DNA of 64,000 nucleotides from Eledone cirrhosa (GCA_964016885.1 OZ024765.1:13826001-13890000), one strand, 5' to 3'. Positions 1-14,824 are shown, counted from the first letter of the stretch. Program-made: numbers and translations. Notes: generated by a model from the letters alone, not told the origin.

Positions 1-1711
1 GTTATGTTACATAAAGAGACAAGATCCAGACCTCCTTCATTGACTGAAGGGAGTGGAACTTGTCAAATAAGACAGAATTATATAGACAAAGAATGGTTGT
101 AAAATATAAGAGACAAACTTGTGTATAACAATATAGACAGAATTATATAGACAAAGACTGGTTGTAAAATATAAGAGACAAACTTGTGTATAACAATATA
201 GACAGAATTATATAGACAAAGACTGGTTGGAAAATATAAGAGACAAACTTGTGTATAACAATATAGACAGAATTATATAGACAAAGACTGGTTAGAAAAT
301 ATAAGAGACAAACTTGTGTATAACAATATAGACAGAATTATATAGACAAAGACTGGTTGTAAAATATAAGAGACAAACATATGTATAACAATACAGACAA
401 AGATTAATTGTAGACTAAACTAGACTAACATTTGTGTAATAACATAGATAGGGTTATATAGACAAAGACTGTTATCGAATTTACTAGGCAAACTTGTATA
501 TAACAATAGATAAAGTTATATAGACCAAGATTGGTTGTAATATATAGAAAACAAACTCGTGTATAACAATATAGACAGAATTATATAGACAAAGATTGGT
601 GTAGAATTTACAAGACAAACTTATGTAATATAAGCAATAACATAAACAATGTTATATAGACAAAGACTGGTTGTAAAATAAATAAGACAAACATGTATAT
701 AACAACATGTATAGAATTATATAGACCAGGAGTGTTATAGAACATACTATATAAAATTGTATTTAATAACATAGACAGAATTAGATAGACAAAGACTATT
801 GTTGAACATACAAGATAAACACGTTTAATTACAAACAGAATTATATAGGCAAACATTTGTGTAGCATTTACTAGACAAACTTGTGCATAACAACATATTT
901 AGGGTTATATAGACAAAGACTATTGTGTAATATACTAGACAAACAAATGTATAACAACATGGACAGAATTATATAGACACTGTTATAGAATATACTATAC
1001 AAACTTATGTATAATAAGTAATAATGTAGATGGGGTTATATAGACAAATGTTGGTTGTAAAATGTATGAGACAAACTTCAGTTTAATAACATAGACAAAA
1101 TTATATACACTAAAATTGGGTGAATAACATACTAGACAAACTTCTGTATAACAATATAAACAGAGTTATATAGACAAAGACTGTTGTAGAATATACGAAA
1201 CAAACTCACATGTAATAAGAAAGACAGCATTATAAAAACAAAGATTGGTTGTATAATATACCAAAGAAACTTGTGTATAAAACCATAGACAGAAATATAT
1301 AGACAAAGACTGGTTGTAGAACATACTAGACAAACTTGTGTGTAACACCTAATAACATAGATAGGGTTATATAGACAAAGATTGGTTGAAGAACATACTA
1401 GAAGGGATGACAGGAGATAAGACAATATTGACAAGATAGTAAATAATTCAGGGATGACATCTTGACAAACAGGGCCAGCAATATCATGTCCTGTCATAGT
1501 ATATTACTGACAACAGATGAGAGTTAATGTTGACAACACAGGGTTGGTTGACATGTTGACAGAGAGAACCAGAGTAACATGTCCTGTCATAATATATTAC
1601 TGACAGCATATATGACAATTAGTATTGACAAGACAATCAACAATACAGGGATGACATGTTGACAAACAGAGCCAGCAATAATAACATGTCCTCTCATAGT
1701 ATATTACTTAC

Positions 1712-1853
1712 GAAACAGTGGCTTAAAACAGCCATGTATATCCAGTATGAGTTTCACACTTTTACTAACATCATATTTGTCAGTTATGAATATTTGGATC
1801 TTGTTGGCTTGGAAACCATTTGGGAAATATACAGTTTCAGTAGCAGAAAATTT
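1712..1853 (-). CDS. Cassette 4 small exon
   Basis: 142 nt paralog. Confidence 0.88.
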
Positions 1854-2544
1854 CTGAAAATATTGAAAATCATGTGAATCATTCTAAATATCATTATAGA
1901 ACCTTCTGCATAATTATTATGCTCCCACTGTCAAAATATACTAAGTATTATAATACGTAAAATACTAAAATATCAAATGTGTTTGTAGATATTTTCATTT
2001 ACTGCTAAATTATTTCAGGATGTTAAGAGTTGAAGAAATTAATTTAATAAAAAAATATTTAGTAATCTACATAAATTATTTATAATGTGAAGTCTCCTAT
2101 AAAATGACAGCTATATCACTGAGTTTGAGAAGTTAAGGGTCAAAAGACTTGCTTAAGGGAGGTTTCGTCTCTGAAAACCTTCAGCTGTCCAGCTCACCCG
2201 AGAGTTTCTTACGACTTTGATAATTTTATTTTTAAAATGTTCTATAATCTGAAAATTATTTATATGAAGTCCCCTATATAATACAGTGACATAACTGAGT
2301 TAAAGAATTAATTAAATATTTGTTAATTTTATATAAAAATTATTTAGTAAACTTTGTTAACTATTTATAATATGAAGCCCCCTATAAAAGACAGAGACAT
2401 AATATGAAGTCCTCTATAAGAGACAGCAACCTAACATGAAGTCCCCTATAAAAGATAGCAACATAATATGATGTCCCCTATAAAAGACAGCTATACAATG
2501 TGAAGTCCCCCATAATATGACTGTGACATAAATGAGTTAAATAC

Positions 2545-3122
2545 CTTTCCAAATGCTTGGAAATGTTCTTGCTCTATTTTCCTGTACATTAACATAAAAC
2601 CTTTGATGTTTGTATGAACAATTAACTGTAAACTGGCCAAAGACACATCATAATTCTCACTGAGTTGGACGGTAATAACAACAAGTGGAGCTGAACTCTC
2701 AAACACCTCCTGGTCACGTCTACCTTGGACTCCAACGGGTCTTAAACGATATGTTGGTACAGTCTTGTCTGTAGTTTTTATCCACTCATCTTTGATGTAA
2801 ACTGGAGTTGATAAACCATTGCCTTTAACACAAGCCACCTCTCCCTCTGTTGGTGATGTTGTGGTGGTTTTTGGTGCTGTCATTGTTGTTGTGGTGGTTG
2901 TTGGTGTTGTTATTGTGGCTGTTGTTGTTGTTCTTGTTGCTGTGGTTGGTGTTGTTGTTGCTGTTGTTGGTGTTGTTCTTGTTGCTGTTGTTGGTGTTGT
3001 TGGTGTTGTTCTTGTTGTTGATGATCTCTCTGTTGTTATTGTTGTTGGTGTTCTTGTTATAGCTGTTGTTGTTGTTGTTGGTGTTCTTGTTATAGCTGTT
3101 GTTGTTGTTGTTTGTGGAACTT
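2545..3122 (-). CDS. Cassette 4 large exon
   Basis: Paralog; gttag/gtattt. Confidence 0.88.
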
Positions 3123-4633
3123 CTAACAACAAGAGATGATATTTTCAACATGGTTAATTATATGAGCTATATAAAGGTTTTATATATGGTTGATATTGTG
3201 TAGATTATGTTGTTATGTTACATAAAGAGACAAGATCCAGACCTCCTTCATTTACTGAATGGAGTGGAACTTGTCAAATAAGACAGAATTATATAGACAA
3301 AGACTGGTTGCAAAATATAAGAGACACACTTGTGTATAACAATATAGACAGAATTATATAGACAAAGACTGGTTGTAAAATATAAGAGACACACTTGTGT
3401 ATAACAATATAGACAGAATTATATAGACAAAGACTGGTTGTAAAATATAAGAGACAAACTTGTGTATAACAATATAGACAGAATTATATAGACCAAGACT
3501 GGTTGTAAAATATAAGAGATAAACTTATGTGTAATAACATAGATTGGGTTCTATAGACAAAGACTGTTGTAGAACTTACTAGACAAACTTTTGTTTAGTA
3601 AGATAGATAGGTTATATAGACACATACTATTGTATAGTATACAAGAAAAACTTGTATATAACAAAAACTTGTGTATAACAACTATTAACATAGATAAGGA
3701 TATATAGACAAAAATTGATTGTAGAATTTACTTTAAAACCTTGTGTATAACAATATAGGCAAGACACAGACTATTGTAGAATATATTAGACAAACATGTG
3801 TATAACAATATAGACAGTATTGTATAGATAGAGACTATTTTAAAACATGCTTGACAAACTTGCGTTAAATAACATAGGTAGAATTATATAGACACTATTG
3901 TATAATATTCAAGACAAACTTGTGTATTATAAGTAATAACATAGATAGGATTATATAGACAAAGACTGATTGTAAAATATACAAGACGAACTTCAGTTTA
4001 ATAACATAGACAAAAATTATATACACAAAGATTGGGTGAATAACACAGTAGACAAACTTCTTTTTACCATAAAAACAGAGTTATATAGACAAAGACTGTT
4101 GTAGAATATATGAAACAAACTCACATGTAATAAGAAAGACAGCATTATAAAAACAAAGATTGGTTGTAGAATATACGAAAGAAACTTGTGTATAAGACCA
4201 TAGACTGAAATATATACACAAAGACTGGTTGTAGAACATACTAGACAAACTTGTGTATAACACCTAATAACATACATAGGGCTATATAGACAAAGATTGG
4301 TTGAAGAACATACTAGAAGGAATGACAGGAGATAAGACAATGTTGACAAGATAGTAAATAATTCAGGGATGACATCTTGACAGACAGGGCCAGCAATATC
4401 ATGTCCTGTCACAGTTGATGAGACAGTTAATGTTAACAGTACAGGGATGACATGTTGACAGACAGAACCAGAAGTAACATGTCCTGTTGTAGTATATTAT
4501 TGACAGGCATATATGACAATTAGTATTGACAAGACAATCAACAATACAAAGATGATATATCGACAGAGAGGGATGACATGTTGACAAACAGAGCCAGCAA
4601 TAATAACATGTTCTCTCAAAGTATATTACTTAC

Positions 4634-4775
4634 GAAACAGTGGCTTAAAACAGCCATGTATATCCAGTATGAGTTTCACACTTTTACTAACATCATATCT
4701 GTCAGTTATGAATATTTGGATCTTGTTGGCTTGGAAACCATTTGGGAAATATACAGTTTCAGTAGCAGAAAATTT
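4634..4775 (-). CDS. Cassette 3 small exon
   Basis: 142 nt, KFSATETV...LDIHGC. Confidence 0.88.
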
Positions 4776-5467
4776 CTGAAAGTATTGAAAATCATGTGAA
4801 TCATTCTAAATATCATTATAGAACCTTCTGCATAATTATTATGCTCCCACTGTCAAAATATACTAAGTATTATAACACGTAAGATACTAAAATATCAAAT
4901 GTGTTTGTAGATATTTTCATTTACTGCTAAATTATTTCAGGATGTTAAGAGTTGAAGAAATTAATTTAATAAAAAATATATTTAGTAATCTACATAAATT
5001 ATTTATAATGTGAAGTCTCCTATAAAATGACAGCTATATCACTGAGTTTGAGAAGTTAAGGGTCAAAAGACTTGCTTAAGGGAGGTTTCTTCTCTGAAAA
5101 CCTTCAGCTGTCCAGCTCACCCGAGAGTTTCTTACAACTTTGATAATTTTATTTTTAAAATGTTCTATAATCTGAAAAATATTTATATGAAGTCCCCTAT
5201 ATAATACAGTGACATAACTGAGTTAAAGAATTAATTAAATATTTTTTAATTTTATATAAAAATTATTTAGTAAACTTTGTAAACTATTTATAATATGAAG
5301 CTCCCTATAAAAGACAGAGACATAATATGAAGTCCTCTATAAGAGACAACAACCTAACATGAAGACCCCTATAAAAGACAGAAACATAATATGAAGTCCC
5401 CGGTAAAAGACAGCTATACAATGTGAAGTCCCCTATAATATGACTGTGACATAAGTGAGTTAAATAC

Positions 5468-6088
5468 CTTTCCAAGTGGTTGGAAATGTTCTTGCTCTAT
5501 TTTCCTGTACATTAACAAAAAACCTTTGATGTTTGTATGAACAATTAACTGCAAACTGGCCAAAGACACATCATAATTCTCACTGAGTTGGACGGTAATA
5601 ACAACAAGTGGAGCTGAACTCTCAAACACCTCCTGGTCACGTCTACCTTGGACTCCAACGGGTCTTAAACGATATGTTGGTACAGTCTTGTCTGTAGTTT
5701 TTATCCACTCATCTTTGATGTAAACTGGACTTGATAAACCATTGCCTTTAACACAGGCCACCTCTCCCTCTGTTGGTGATGTTGTGGTGGTTGTTGGTGC
5801 TGTTATTGTTGTGGTGGTTGTTGGTGTTGTTCTTGTTATTGCTGTGGCTGTTGTAGATGTTGTTGGTGTTGTTCGTGCTGTTGTTGTTGCTGTTATTCTT
5901 GTTATTGCTGTGGCTGTTGTAGATTTTGTTATTGTTGCTGTTGTTGGTGTTGTTGGTTTTATTGCTGTGGCTGTTGTTGTTGTTGTTGCTGTTGTTGTTG
6001 GTATTGTTGTTGATGTTGATGCTGTTGTTGGTGGTGTTGTTGCTGTTATTGTCGTTGTTGTTGGTGTTGTTGCTGTTGTTGGTGGCGG

Positions 6089-6122
<34 letters not shown>

Positions 6123-6861
6123 TTTGTTGTTGTTGGTGGTGTTGTTGTTGTTGGTGTTGTTGCTGTTGTTGTTGTTGTTGTTGGTGTTCTTGTTGCTGTT
6201 GTTGGTGTTGCTGTTGTTGTCGTTGTTGCTTTTGTTGCTGGTGTTGTTGTTGTTGTTGATCTTCCTGTTGTTATTGTAGTTGGTGTTCTTGTTATAGCTG
6301 TTGTTGTTGTTGTGGTGGTTGTTGGTGTAGTTCCTGTTGAAGTTGTTGGTGTTGTTGTTGTTGTTGCTGTTCTTGTTGCTGTGGTTGGTATTGTTGTTGC
6401 TGTTGTTGATGTTGTTCTTGTTGCTGTTGTTGGTGTTGTTCTTGTTGCTGTTGTTGGTGTTGTTCTTGTTGTTGCTGTGGTTGGAGTAGTTCCTGTTGTT
6501 CTTGTTGAAGTTGTTGGTGTTGTTGCTGTTGTTGATGATCTCTCTGTTGTTATTGTTCTTGGTGTTCTTGTTATAGCTGTTGTTGTTGTTGTGGTGGTTG
6601 TTGGTGTAGTTCCTGTTGAAGTTGTTGGTGTTGTTGGTGTTGTTGTTGCTGTTGTTGGTGCTGTTCTTGTTGCTGTCGTTGGTATTGTTGTTGCTGTTGT
6701 TGGTGTTGTTCTTGTTGCTGTTGTTGGTGTTGTTCTTGTTGCTGTTGTTGGTGTTGTTCCTGTTGGTGTTGTTCTTGTTGTTCTTGTTGTTGATGAACTC
6801 TCTGTTGTTATTGTTGTTGGTGTTCTTGTTATAGCTGTTGTTGTTGTTGTTTGTGGAACTT
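5468..6861 (-). CDS. Cassette 3 large exon (~365-aa Thr-rich mucin tract + F5/8C-like N-half)
   Basis: Open frame of ACA/CCA/GCA codons; gttag/gtattt. Confidence 0.88.
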
Positions 6862-8548
6862 CTAACAACAAGAGATGATATTTTCAACATGGTTAATTAT
6901 ATGAGTTATATAAAGGTTTTATATATGGTTGGTATTGTGTAGATTATGTTGTTATGTTACATAGAGAGACAAGATCCAGACCTCCTTCATTTACTGAATG
7001 GAGTGGAACTTGTCAAATAAGACAGAATTATATAGACAAAGACTTGTTGTAAAATATAAGAGACAAACTTGTGTATAACAATATAGACAGAATTATATAG
7101 ACAAAGAATGGTTGTAAAATATAAGAGACAAACTTGTGTATAACAATATAGACAGAATTATATTGAAAAAGACTGGTTGTAAAATATAAGAGATAAACTT
7201 ATGTATAACAATACAGACAAAGATTAATTGTAGACTAAACTAGACAAACATTTGTGTAATAACATAGATAGGGTTATATAGACAAAGACTGTTATCGAAT
7301 TTACTAGGCAAACTTGTATATAACAATAGATAAAGTTATATAGACCAAGATTGGTTGTAATACATAGAAAACAAACTCGTGTATAACAATATAGACAGAA
7401 TTATATAGACAAAGATTAGTGTAGAATTTACAAGACAAACTTATGTAATATAAGCAATAACATAAACAATGTTATATAGACAAAGACTGGTTGTAAAATA
7501 AATAAGACAAACATGTATATAACAACATGTATAGAATTATATAGACCAGGAGTGTTATAGAACATACTATATAAAGTTGTATTTAATAACATAGACAGAA
7601 TTAGATAGACAAAGACTATTGTTGAACATACAAGATAAACACGTTTAATTACAAACAGAATTATATAGGCAAACATTTGTGTAGCATTTACTAGACAAAC
7701 TTGTGCATAACAACATACTTAGGGTTATATAGATAAACACTATTGTGGAATATACTAGACAAACAAATGTATAACAACATGGACAGAATTATATAGACAC
7801 TGTTGTAGAATATACTATACAAACTTATGTATAATAAGTAATAATGTAGATGGAGTTATATAGACAAATGTTGGTTGTAAAATGTACGAGACAAACTTCA
7901 GTTTAATAACATAGACAAAATTATATACACTAAAATTGGGTGAATAACATACTAGACAAACTTCTGTATAACAATATGAACAGAGTTATATAGACAAAGA
8001 CTGTTGTAGAATATACGAAACAAACTCACATGTAATAAGAAAGACAGCATTATAAAAACAAAGATTGGTTGTATAATATACCAAAGAAACTTGTGTATAA
8101 AACCATAGAGAGAAATATATAGACAAAGACTGGTTGTAGTACATACTAGACAAACTTGTGTGTAACACCTAATAACATAGATAGGGTTATATAGACAAAG
8201 ATTGGTTGAAGAACATACTAGAAGGGATGACAGGAGATAAGACATTATTGACAAGATAGTAAATAATTCAGGGATGACATCTTGACAAACAGGGCCAGCA
8301 ATATCATGTCCTGTCATATTATATTACTGACAACAGATGAGAGTTAATGTTGACAACACAGGGTTGACATGTTGACAGAGAGAACCAGAGTAACATGTCC
8401 TGTCATAATATATTACTGACAGCATATATGACAATTAGTATTGACAAGACAATCAACAATACAGGGATGATATCTTGACAGACAGGGATGACATGTTGAC
8501 AAACAGAGCCAGCAATAATAACATGTCCTCTCATAGTATATTACTTAC

Positions 8549-8690
8549 GAAACAGTGGCTTAAAGCAGCCATGTATATCCAGTATGAGTTTCACACTTTT
8601 ACTAACATCATATTTGTCAGTTATGAATATTTGGATCTTGTTGGCTTGGAAACCATTTGGGAAATCTACAGTTTCAGTAGCAGAAAATAC
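8549..8690 (-). CDS. Cassette 2 small exon
   Basis: 142 nt, same splice sites as paralogs. Confidence 0.88.
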
Positions 8691-9376
8691 CTGAAAATAT
8701 TGAAAATCTTGTGAATCATTCTAAATATCATTATAGGACCTTCTGCATAATTATTGTGCTCCCACTGCCAAAATATACTAAGTATTATAATACGTAAGAT
8801 ACTAAAATATCAAATGTGTTTGTAGATATTTTCATTTACTGCTAAATTATTTCAGGATGTTAAAAGTTAAAGAAATTAATTTAATAAAAGAATATTTAGT
8901 AATCTACATCATTTATTTATAATGTGAAGTCTCCTATAAAATGACAGCTATATCAGTTAGAGAAGTTAAGGGTCAAAAGACTTGCTTAGGGGAGGTTTTT
9001 TCTCTGAAAACCTTCAGCTGTCCAGCTCACCCGAGAGTTTCTTACGACTTTGATAATTTTATTTTTAAACTGTTCTATAATCTCAAAAATATTTATATGA
9101 AGTCCCCTATAAAAGACAGTGACATAACTGAGCTAAAGAATTAATTAAATATTTGTTAATTTTATATAAAAATTATTTAGTAAACTTTGTAAACTATTTA
9201 TAATATGAAGCCCCTATAAAAGACAGAGACATAATATGAAGTCCTCTATAAGAGACAGCAACCTAACATGAAGTCCCCCATAAAAGACAGAAACATAATA
9301 TGAAGTCTCCTATAAAAGACAGCTATACAATATGAAGTCCCCTATAATATGACTGTGACATAAGTGAGTTAAATAC

Positions 9377-9906
9377 CTTTCCAAATGCTTGGAAATGTTC
9401 TTGCTCTATTTTCCTGTACGTTAACATAAAACCTTTGATGTTTTTATGAACAATTAACTGCAAACTGGCCAAAGACACATCATAATTCTCACTGAGTTGG
9501 ACGGTAATAACAACAAGTGGAGCTGAACTTTCAAACACTTCTTGGTCACGTCTACCTTGGACTCCAACGGGTCTTAAACGATATGTTGGTACAGTCTTGT
9601 CTGTAGTTTTTATCCACTCATCTTTGATGTAAACTTCACTTGATAAACCATTGCCTTTAACACAAGTCACCTCTCCCTCTGTGGGTTTTGTTGTGGTGGT
9701 TGTTGGTGCTGTTATTGTTGTGGTGGTTGTTGGTGTTGTTATTGTTGTTGTTTTTGTTGTTGGTGTTGTTATTGTTGCTGTTGTTGGTGGTATTGTTGCT
9801 GTTGTTGGTGTTGTTCTTGTTGCTGGTGTTGTTCTTGTTGAAGTTGTTGGTGTTGTTGATGATCTCTCTGTTGTTATTGTTGTTGGTGTTGTTGTTTGTG
9901 GAACTT
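9377..9906 (-). CDS. Cassette 2 large exon (Thr-rich + F5/8C-like N-half)
   Basis: Paralog of cassette 1; gttag/gtattt. Confidence 0.88.
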
Positions 9907-11696
9907 CTAACAACAAGAGATGATATTTTCAACATGGTTAATTATATGAGTTATATAAAGGTTTTATATATGGTTGATATTGTGTAGATTATGTTGTTAT
10001 GTTACATAAAGAGACAAGATCCAGACCTCCTTCATTTACTGAATGGAGTGGAACTTGTCAAATAAGACAGAATTATATAGACAAAGAATGGTTGTAAAAT
10101 ATAAGAGACAAACTTGTGTATAACAATATAGACAGAATTATATAGACAAAGACTGGTTGTAAAATATAAGAGACAAACTTGTGTATAACAATATAGACAG
10201 AATTATATAGACAAAGACTGGTTGGAAAATATAAGAGACAAACTTGTGTATAACAATATAGACAGAATTATATAGACAAAGACTGGTTAGAAAATATAAG
10301 AGACAAACTTGTGTATAACAATATAGACAGAATTATATAGACAAAGACTGGTTGTAAAATATAAGAGACAAACTTATGTATAACAATACAGACAAAGATT
10401 AATTGTAGACTAAACTAGACAAACATTTGTGTAATAACATAGATAGTGTTATATAGACAAAGACTGTTATCGAATTTACTAGGCAAACTTGTATATAACA
10501 ATAGATAAAGTTATATAGACCAAGATTGGTTGTAATACATAGAAAACAAACTCGTGTATAACAATATAGACAGAATTATATAGACAAAGATTGGTGTAGA
10601 ATTTACAAGACAAACTTATGTAATATAAGCAATAACATAAACAATGTTATATAGACAAAGACTGGTTGTAAAATAAATAAGACAAACATGTATATAACAA
10701 CATGTATAGAATTATATATACCAGGAGTGTTATAGAACATACTATATAAAATTGTATTTAATAACATAGACAGAATTAGATAGACAAAGACTATTGTTGA
10801 ACATAAAGATAAACATGTTTAATTACAAACAGAATTATATAGGCAAACATTTGTGTAGCATTTACTAGACAAACTTGTGCATAACAACATATTTAGGGTT
10901 ATATAGACAAAGACTATTGTGTAATATACTAGACAAACAAATGTATAACAACATGGACAGAATTATATAGACACTGTTATAGAATATACTATACAAACTT
11001 ATGTATAATAAGTAATAATGTAGATGGGGTTATATAGACAAATGTTGGTTGTAAAATGTACGAGACAAACTTCAGTTTAATAACATAGACAAAATTATAT
11101 ACACTAAAATTGGGTGAATAACATACTAGACAAACTTCTGTATAACAATATAAACAGAGTTATATAGACAAAGACTGTTGTAGAATATACGAAACAAACT
11201 CACATGTAATAAGAAAGACAGCATTATAAAAACAAAGATTGGTTGTATAATATACCAAAGAAACTTGTGTATAAAACCATAGAGAGAAATATATAGACAA
11301 AGACTGGTTGTAGAACATACTAGACAAACTTGTGTGTAACACCTAATAACATAGATAGGGTTATATAGACAAAGATTGGTTGAAGAACATACTAGAAGGG
11401 ATGACAGGAGACAATATTGACAAGATAGTAAATAATTCAGGGATGACATCTTGACAAACAGGGCCAGCAATATCATGTCCTGTCATAGTATATTACTGAC
11501 AACAGATGAGAGTTAATGTTGACAACACAGGGTTGACATGTTGACAGAGAGAACCAGAGTAACATGTCCTGTCATAATATATTACTGACAGCATATATGA
11601 CAATTAGTATTGACAAGACAATCAACAATACAGGGATGACATGTTGACAAACAGAGCCAGCAATAATAACATGTCCTCTCATAGTATATTACTTAC

Positions 11697-11838
11697 GAAA
11701 CAGTGGCTTAAAACAGCCATGTATATCCAGTATGAGTTTCACACTTTTACTAACATCATATTTGTCAGTTATGAATATTTGGATCTTGCTGGCTTGGAAA
11801 CCATTTGGGAAATATACAGTTTCAGTAGCAGAAAATAC
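11697..11838 (-). CDS. Cassette 1 small exon: C-half of F5/8C-like domain (VFSATETVYFPNGFQASKIQIFI...LILDIHGCFKPLF)
   Basis: tttcag/gtaagt; ends LDIHGC, like the discoidin LELYGC terminus. Confidence 0.88.
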
Positions 11839-12456
11839 CTGAAAATATTGAAAATCTTGTGAATCATTCTAAATATCCTTATAGGACCTTCTGCATAATT
11901 ATTGTGCTCCCACTGCCAAAATATACTAAGTATTATAATACGTACGATACTAAAATATCAAATGTGTTTGTAGATATTTTCATTTACTGCTAAATTATTT
12001 CAGATGTTAAGAGTTAAAGAAATTAATTTAAAAGAATATTTAGTAATCTACATCATTTATTTATAATGTGAAGTCTCCTATAAAATGACAGCTATATCAG
12101 TTAGAGAAGTTAAGGGTCAAAAGACTTGCTTAGGGGAGGTTTTTTCTCTGAAAACCTTCAGCTGTCCAGCTCACCCGAGAGTTTCTTACGACTTTGATAA
12201 TTTTATTTTTAAACTGTTCTATAATCTCAAAAATATTTATATGAAGTCCCCTATAAAAGACAGTGACATAACTGAGCTAAAGAATTAATTAAATATTTGT
12301 TAATTTTATATAAAAATTATTTAGTAAACTTTGTAAACTATTTATAATATGAAGCCCCTATAAAAGACAGAAACATAATATGAAGTCTCCTATAAAAGAC
12401 AGCTATACAATATGAAGTCCCCTATAATATGACTGTGACATAAGTGAGTTAAATAC

Positions 12457-12911
12457 CTTTCCAAATGGTTGGAAATATTCTTGCTCTATTTTCCTGTACA
12501 TTAACATAAAACCTTTGATGTTTGTATGAACAATTAACTGTAAACTGGCCAAAGACACATCATAATTCTCACTGAGTTGGACGGTAATAACAACAAATGG
12601 AGCTGAACTTTCAAACACCTCTTGGTCACGTCTACTTTGGACTCCAACGGGTCTTAAACGATATGTTGGTACAGTCTTGTCTGTAGTTTTTACCCACTCA
12701 TCTTTGATGTAAACTGGACTTGATAAACCATTGGCTTTAACACAGGCCACCTCTCCCTCTGTTGGTGCTGTTATTGCTGTTGTGGTGGTTGTTGGTGGTT
12801 GTGTTGGTATTATTGGTGCTCTTCTTGTTGTTGTTTCTATTGGTGTTGTTGTTGTTGTTATAGATATTCCTGGTGTTGTTCCTGTTACTATTGTTGTTGA
12901 CTTTGTGGCTT
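12457..12911 (-). CDS. Cassette 1 large exon: short Thr-rich tract + N-half of F5/8C-like domain
   Basis: gctag/gtattt; PTEGEVACVK.NGLSSPVYIKDEW...FGK. Confidence 0.88.
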
Positions 12912-14473
12912 CTAGCAACAAGAGATTATTTTTAACATGGTTAATTTTAGAAAACATTTCCAAATATTAACAACCACATGACAGACAGGGCCAGATTTAT
13001 AGGGGTCAGTGAATAAGGACCCCTTGAAACCCCCTGAAAATTCATAGCTATATTTTCCAAACAGGGTCTGTTTTCACCCTTTAACATTTAAACCAGCTGT
13101 AACTGGCTGCTCATACTTATGTTAAGGTATTGTTATCAAAATAAATAATATCAAAATCTCATAGATTCGATATTATGTGAGATAAAGCATTTACTGAGGA
13201 AATAAAATAGTATATATAGAGTAATGTACATGTTAAAGGGTTAAAAAGCTTGTTGTTGTATGAGGGTCGCAGCTAAGCTGGTGTCCCAGCACATGCATAG
13301 AACATTTATTTATTTATTGGTAATTATATTTGAAGACCCCCCCTATGTCACAAATGACCATGGGATTTGCCCCTAGAAAGTTCCCCTCCGAGGCACAAGT
13401 CCGGGCAAGGTTGTTTCTGGAAGACCAGCAGTCACCCATGTATACCAGTCTCCCCCCTCTCCACACCACTGATGTTGTCCAAGGGAAAGGCAATGGCTGA
13501 TACAGCTTGGCACCAGTGACATCACAATTTACTCTATATATACACCCTCTATACTAAACATATCCACTCTATACTCAATATATACACTATATACTCAATA
13601 TATACACTATATACTCAATATATACACTCTATACTCAATATATACACTATATATATCCAATATATACACTATATATTCTATTTATACACCCTATATACTC
13701 AATATATACACTCTATACTATATATACACTATATATATATAGTGTTGTCCAAGGAAAAGTGCTACAGCTGATAGGTTGTGAATATATAGAAATATATATC
13801 AGCTGATATATATATACAGCTGATATATATATACAGCTGATATATATTTCTATATATTCACAACCTATATAATATCAACCTTTATATAAAACCTATATAT
13901 AGTTGATATAATTATAATAATTATTTCTACTTTTGGCACAAGGCCATAAATTACCCAGTGCATTACTGGTACTTTATTTTATCGACCCCGTAAGGATGAA
14001 AGGTAAAGTTAACCTCGGCGGGATTTGAACTCCGATCATAAAGGGAGGTAACTCTATGCTACAAAGCATGGTGTCTGACCCTCTACCAATACTGCCAATC
14101 CAAATTATAATAATGTGGTGTTAATATAATTACTGTGGTGAAGGTACATGGCTTAGTGGTTAGAGCATTGGGCTTGCAATTGAAAGGTTGTGAGTTCGAT
14201 TCTCGGACCAAGTGATGTGTTGTATCCTTGAGCAAGACACTTTATTTCATGTTGCTCCAGTTTACTCAGCTGAAGCACTTTCCCTTGGACAACACTATAT
14301 ATATATATATATATTGTATATATAGTGTATATATTACCTTTGGTAATGGAGTAGTTATATTTTGTGTTGTTCACTTTCTAATTAAATAGCTCTGTTCTAT
14401 ACATAGAGCACTCTTTTTTCCTTTGTTTTTCCTTCGGAATTACCTAACACACACACACAGATATATATATATA

Positions 14474-14524
<51 letters not shown>

Positions 14525-14746
14525 TTATTTAACACCATAGGGCAGTGCATGTGTTTTAATTGACAATGAGACCCACACAAAATACAATGATATGATTTCA
14601 CATCAAGAATCATACACAAGCAAATGCAAAGATGGAGTATTAGAAATATACTGAAAAGTAAACTGAAAAATAATTAGAGCCCCAGCATGGCCTCACCCTG
14701 TTGGTTGGACCAGGAGATAGAAGAGAAAAAATATTAATCTTCCTAC

Positions 14747-14794
14747 CTTGTACTGTTGTTCCTATAATTCCTAATGATCCTCTTGTTCCATTGG
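14747..14794 (-). CDS. Candidate 48-nt linker micro-exon (NGTRGSLGIIGTTVQ)
   Basis: tttttacag/gtagga, phase 1-1. Confidence 0.6.
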
Positions 14795-14824
14795 CTGTAA
14801 AAAGAAGAATTAAACTTATAAAGC

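Larger units (their letters stand above)
1..12960. repeat. Tandem intragenic duplication, ~3.0-3.7 kb units starting at ~1, 3212, 6951, 9996; one intron built from a degenerate ~65-bp repeat
   Basis: Near-identical intron and exon sequence recurs in four units and continues off the left edge. Confidence 0.97.

Noticed and set aside
2819-9987. Poly-Val, poly-Asn and poly-Leu ORFs
   Set aside because: Alternative frames and antisense of the Thr-rich (ACA)n exons
10027-10053. Possible 27-nt phase 1-1 micro-exon present in each cassette
   Set aside because: Weak acceptor (gacaag) and donor (gtctgg); not needed for frame
608-12288. Repeated short ORFs (MTGHDIAG..., MLTNRASN..., MTAISVRE...)
   Set aside because: Recur only because the introns are duplicated; the plus-strand MLTNR ORF is antisense to the real small exon
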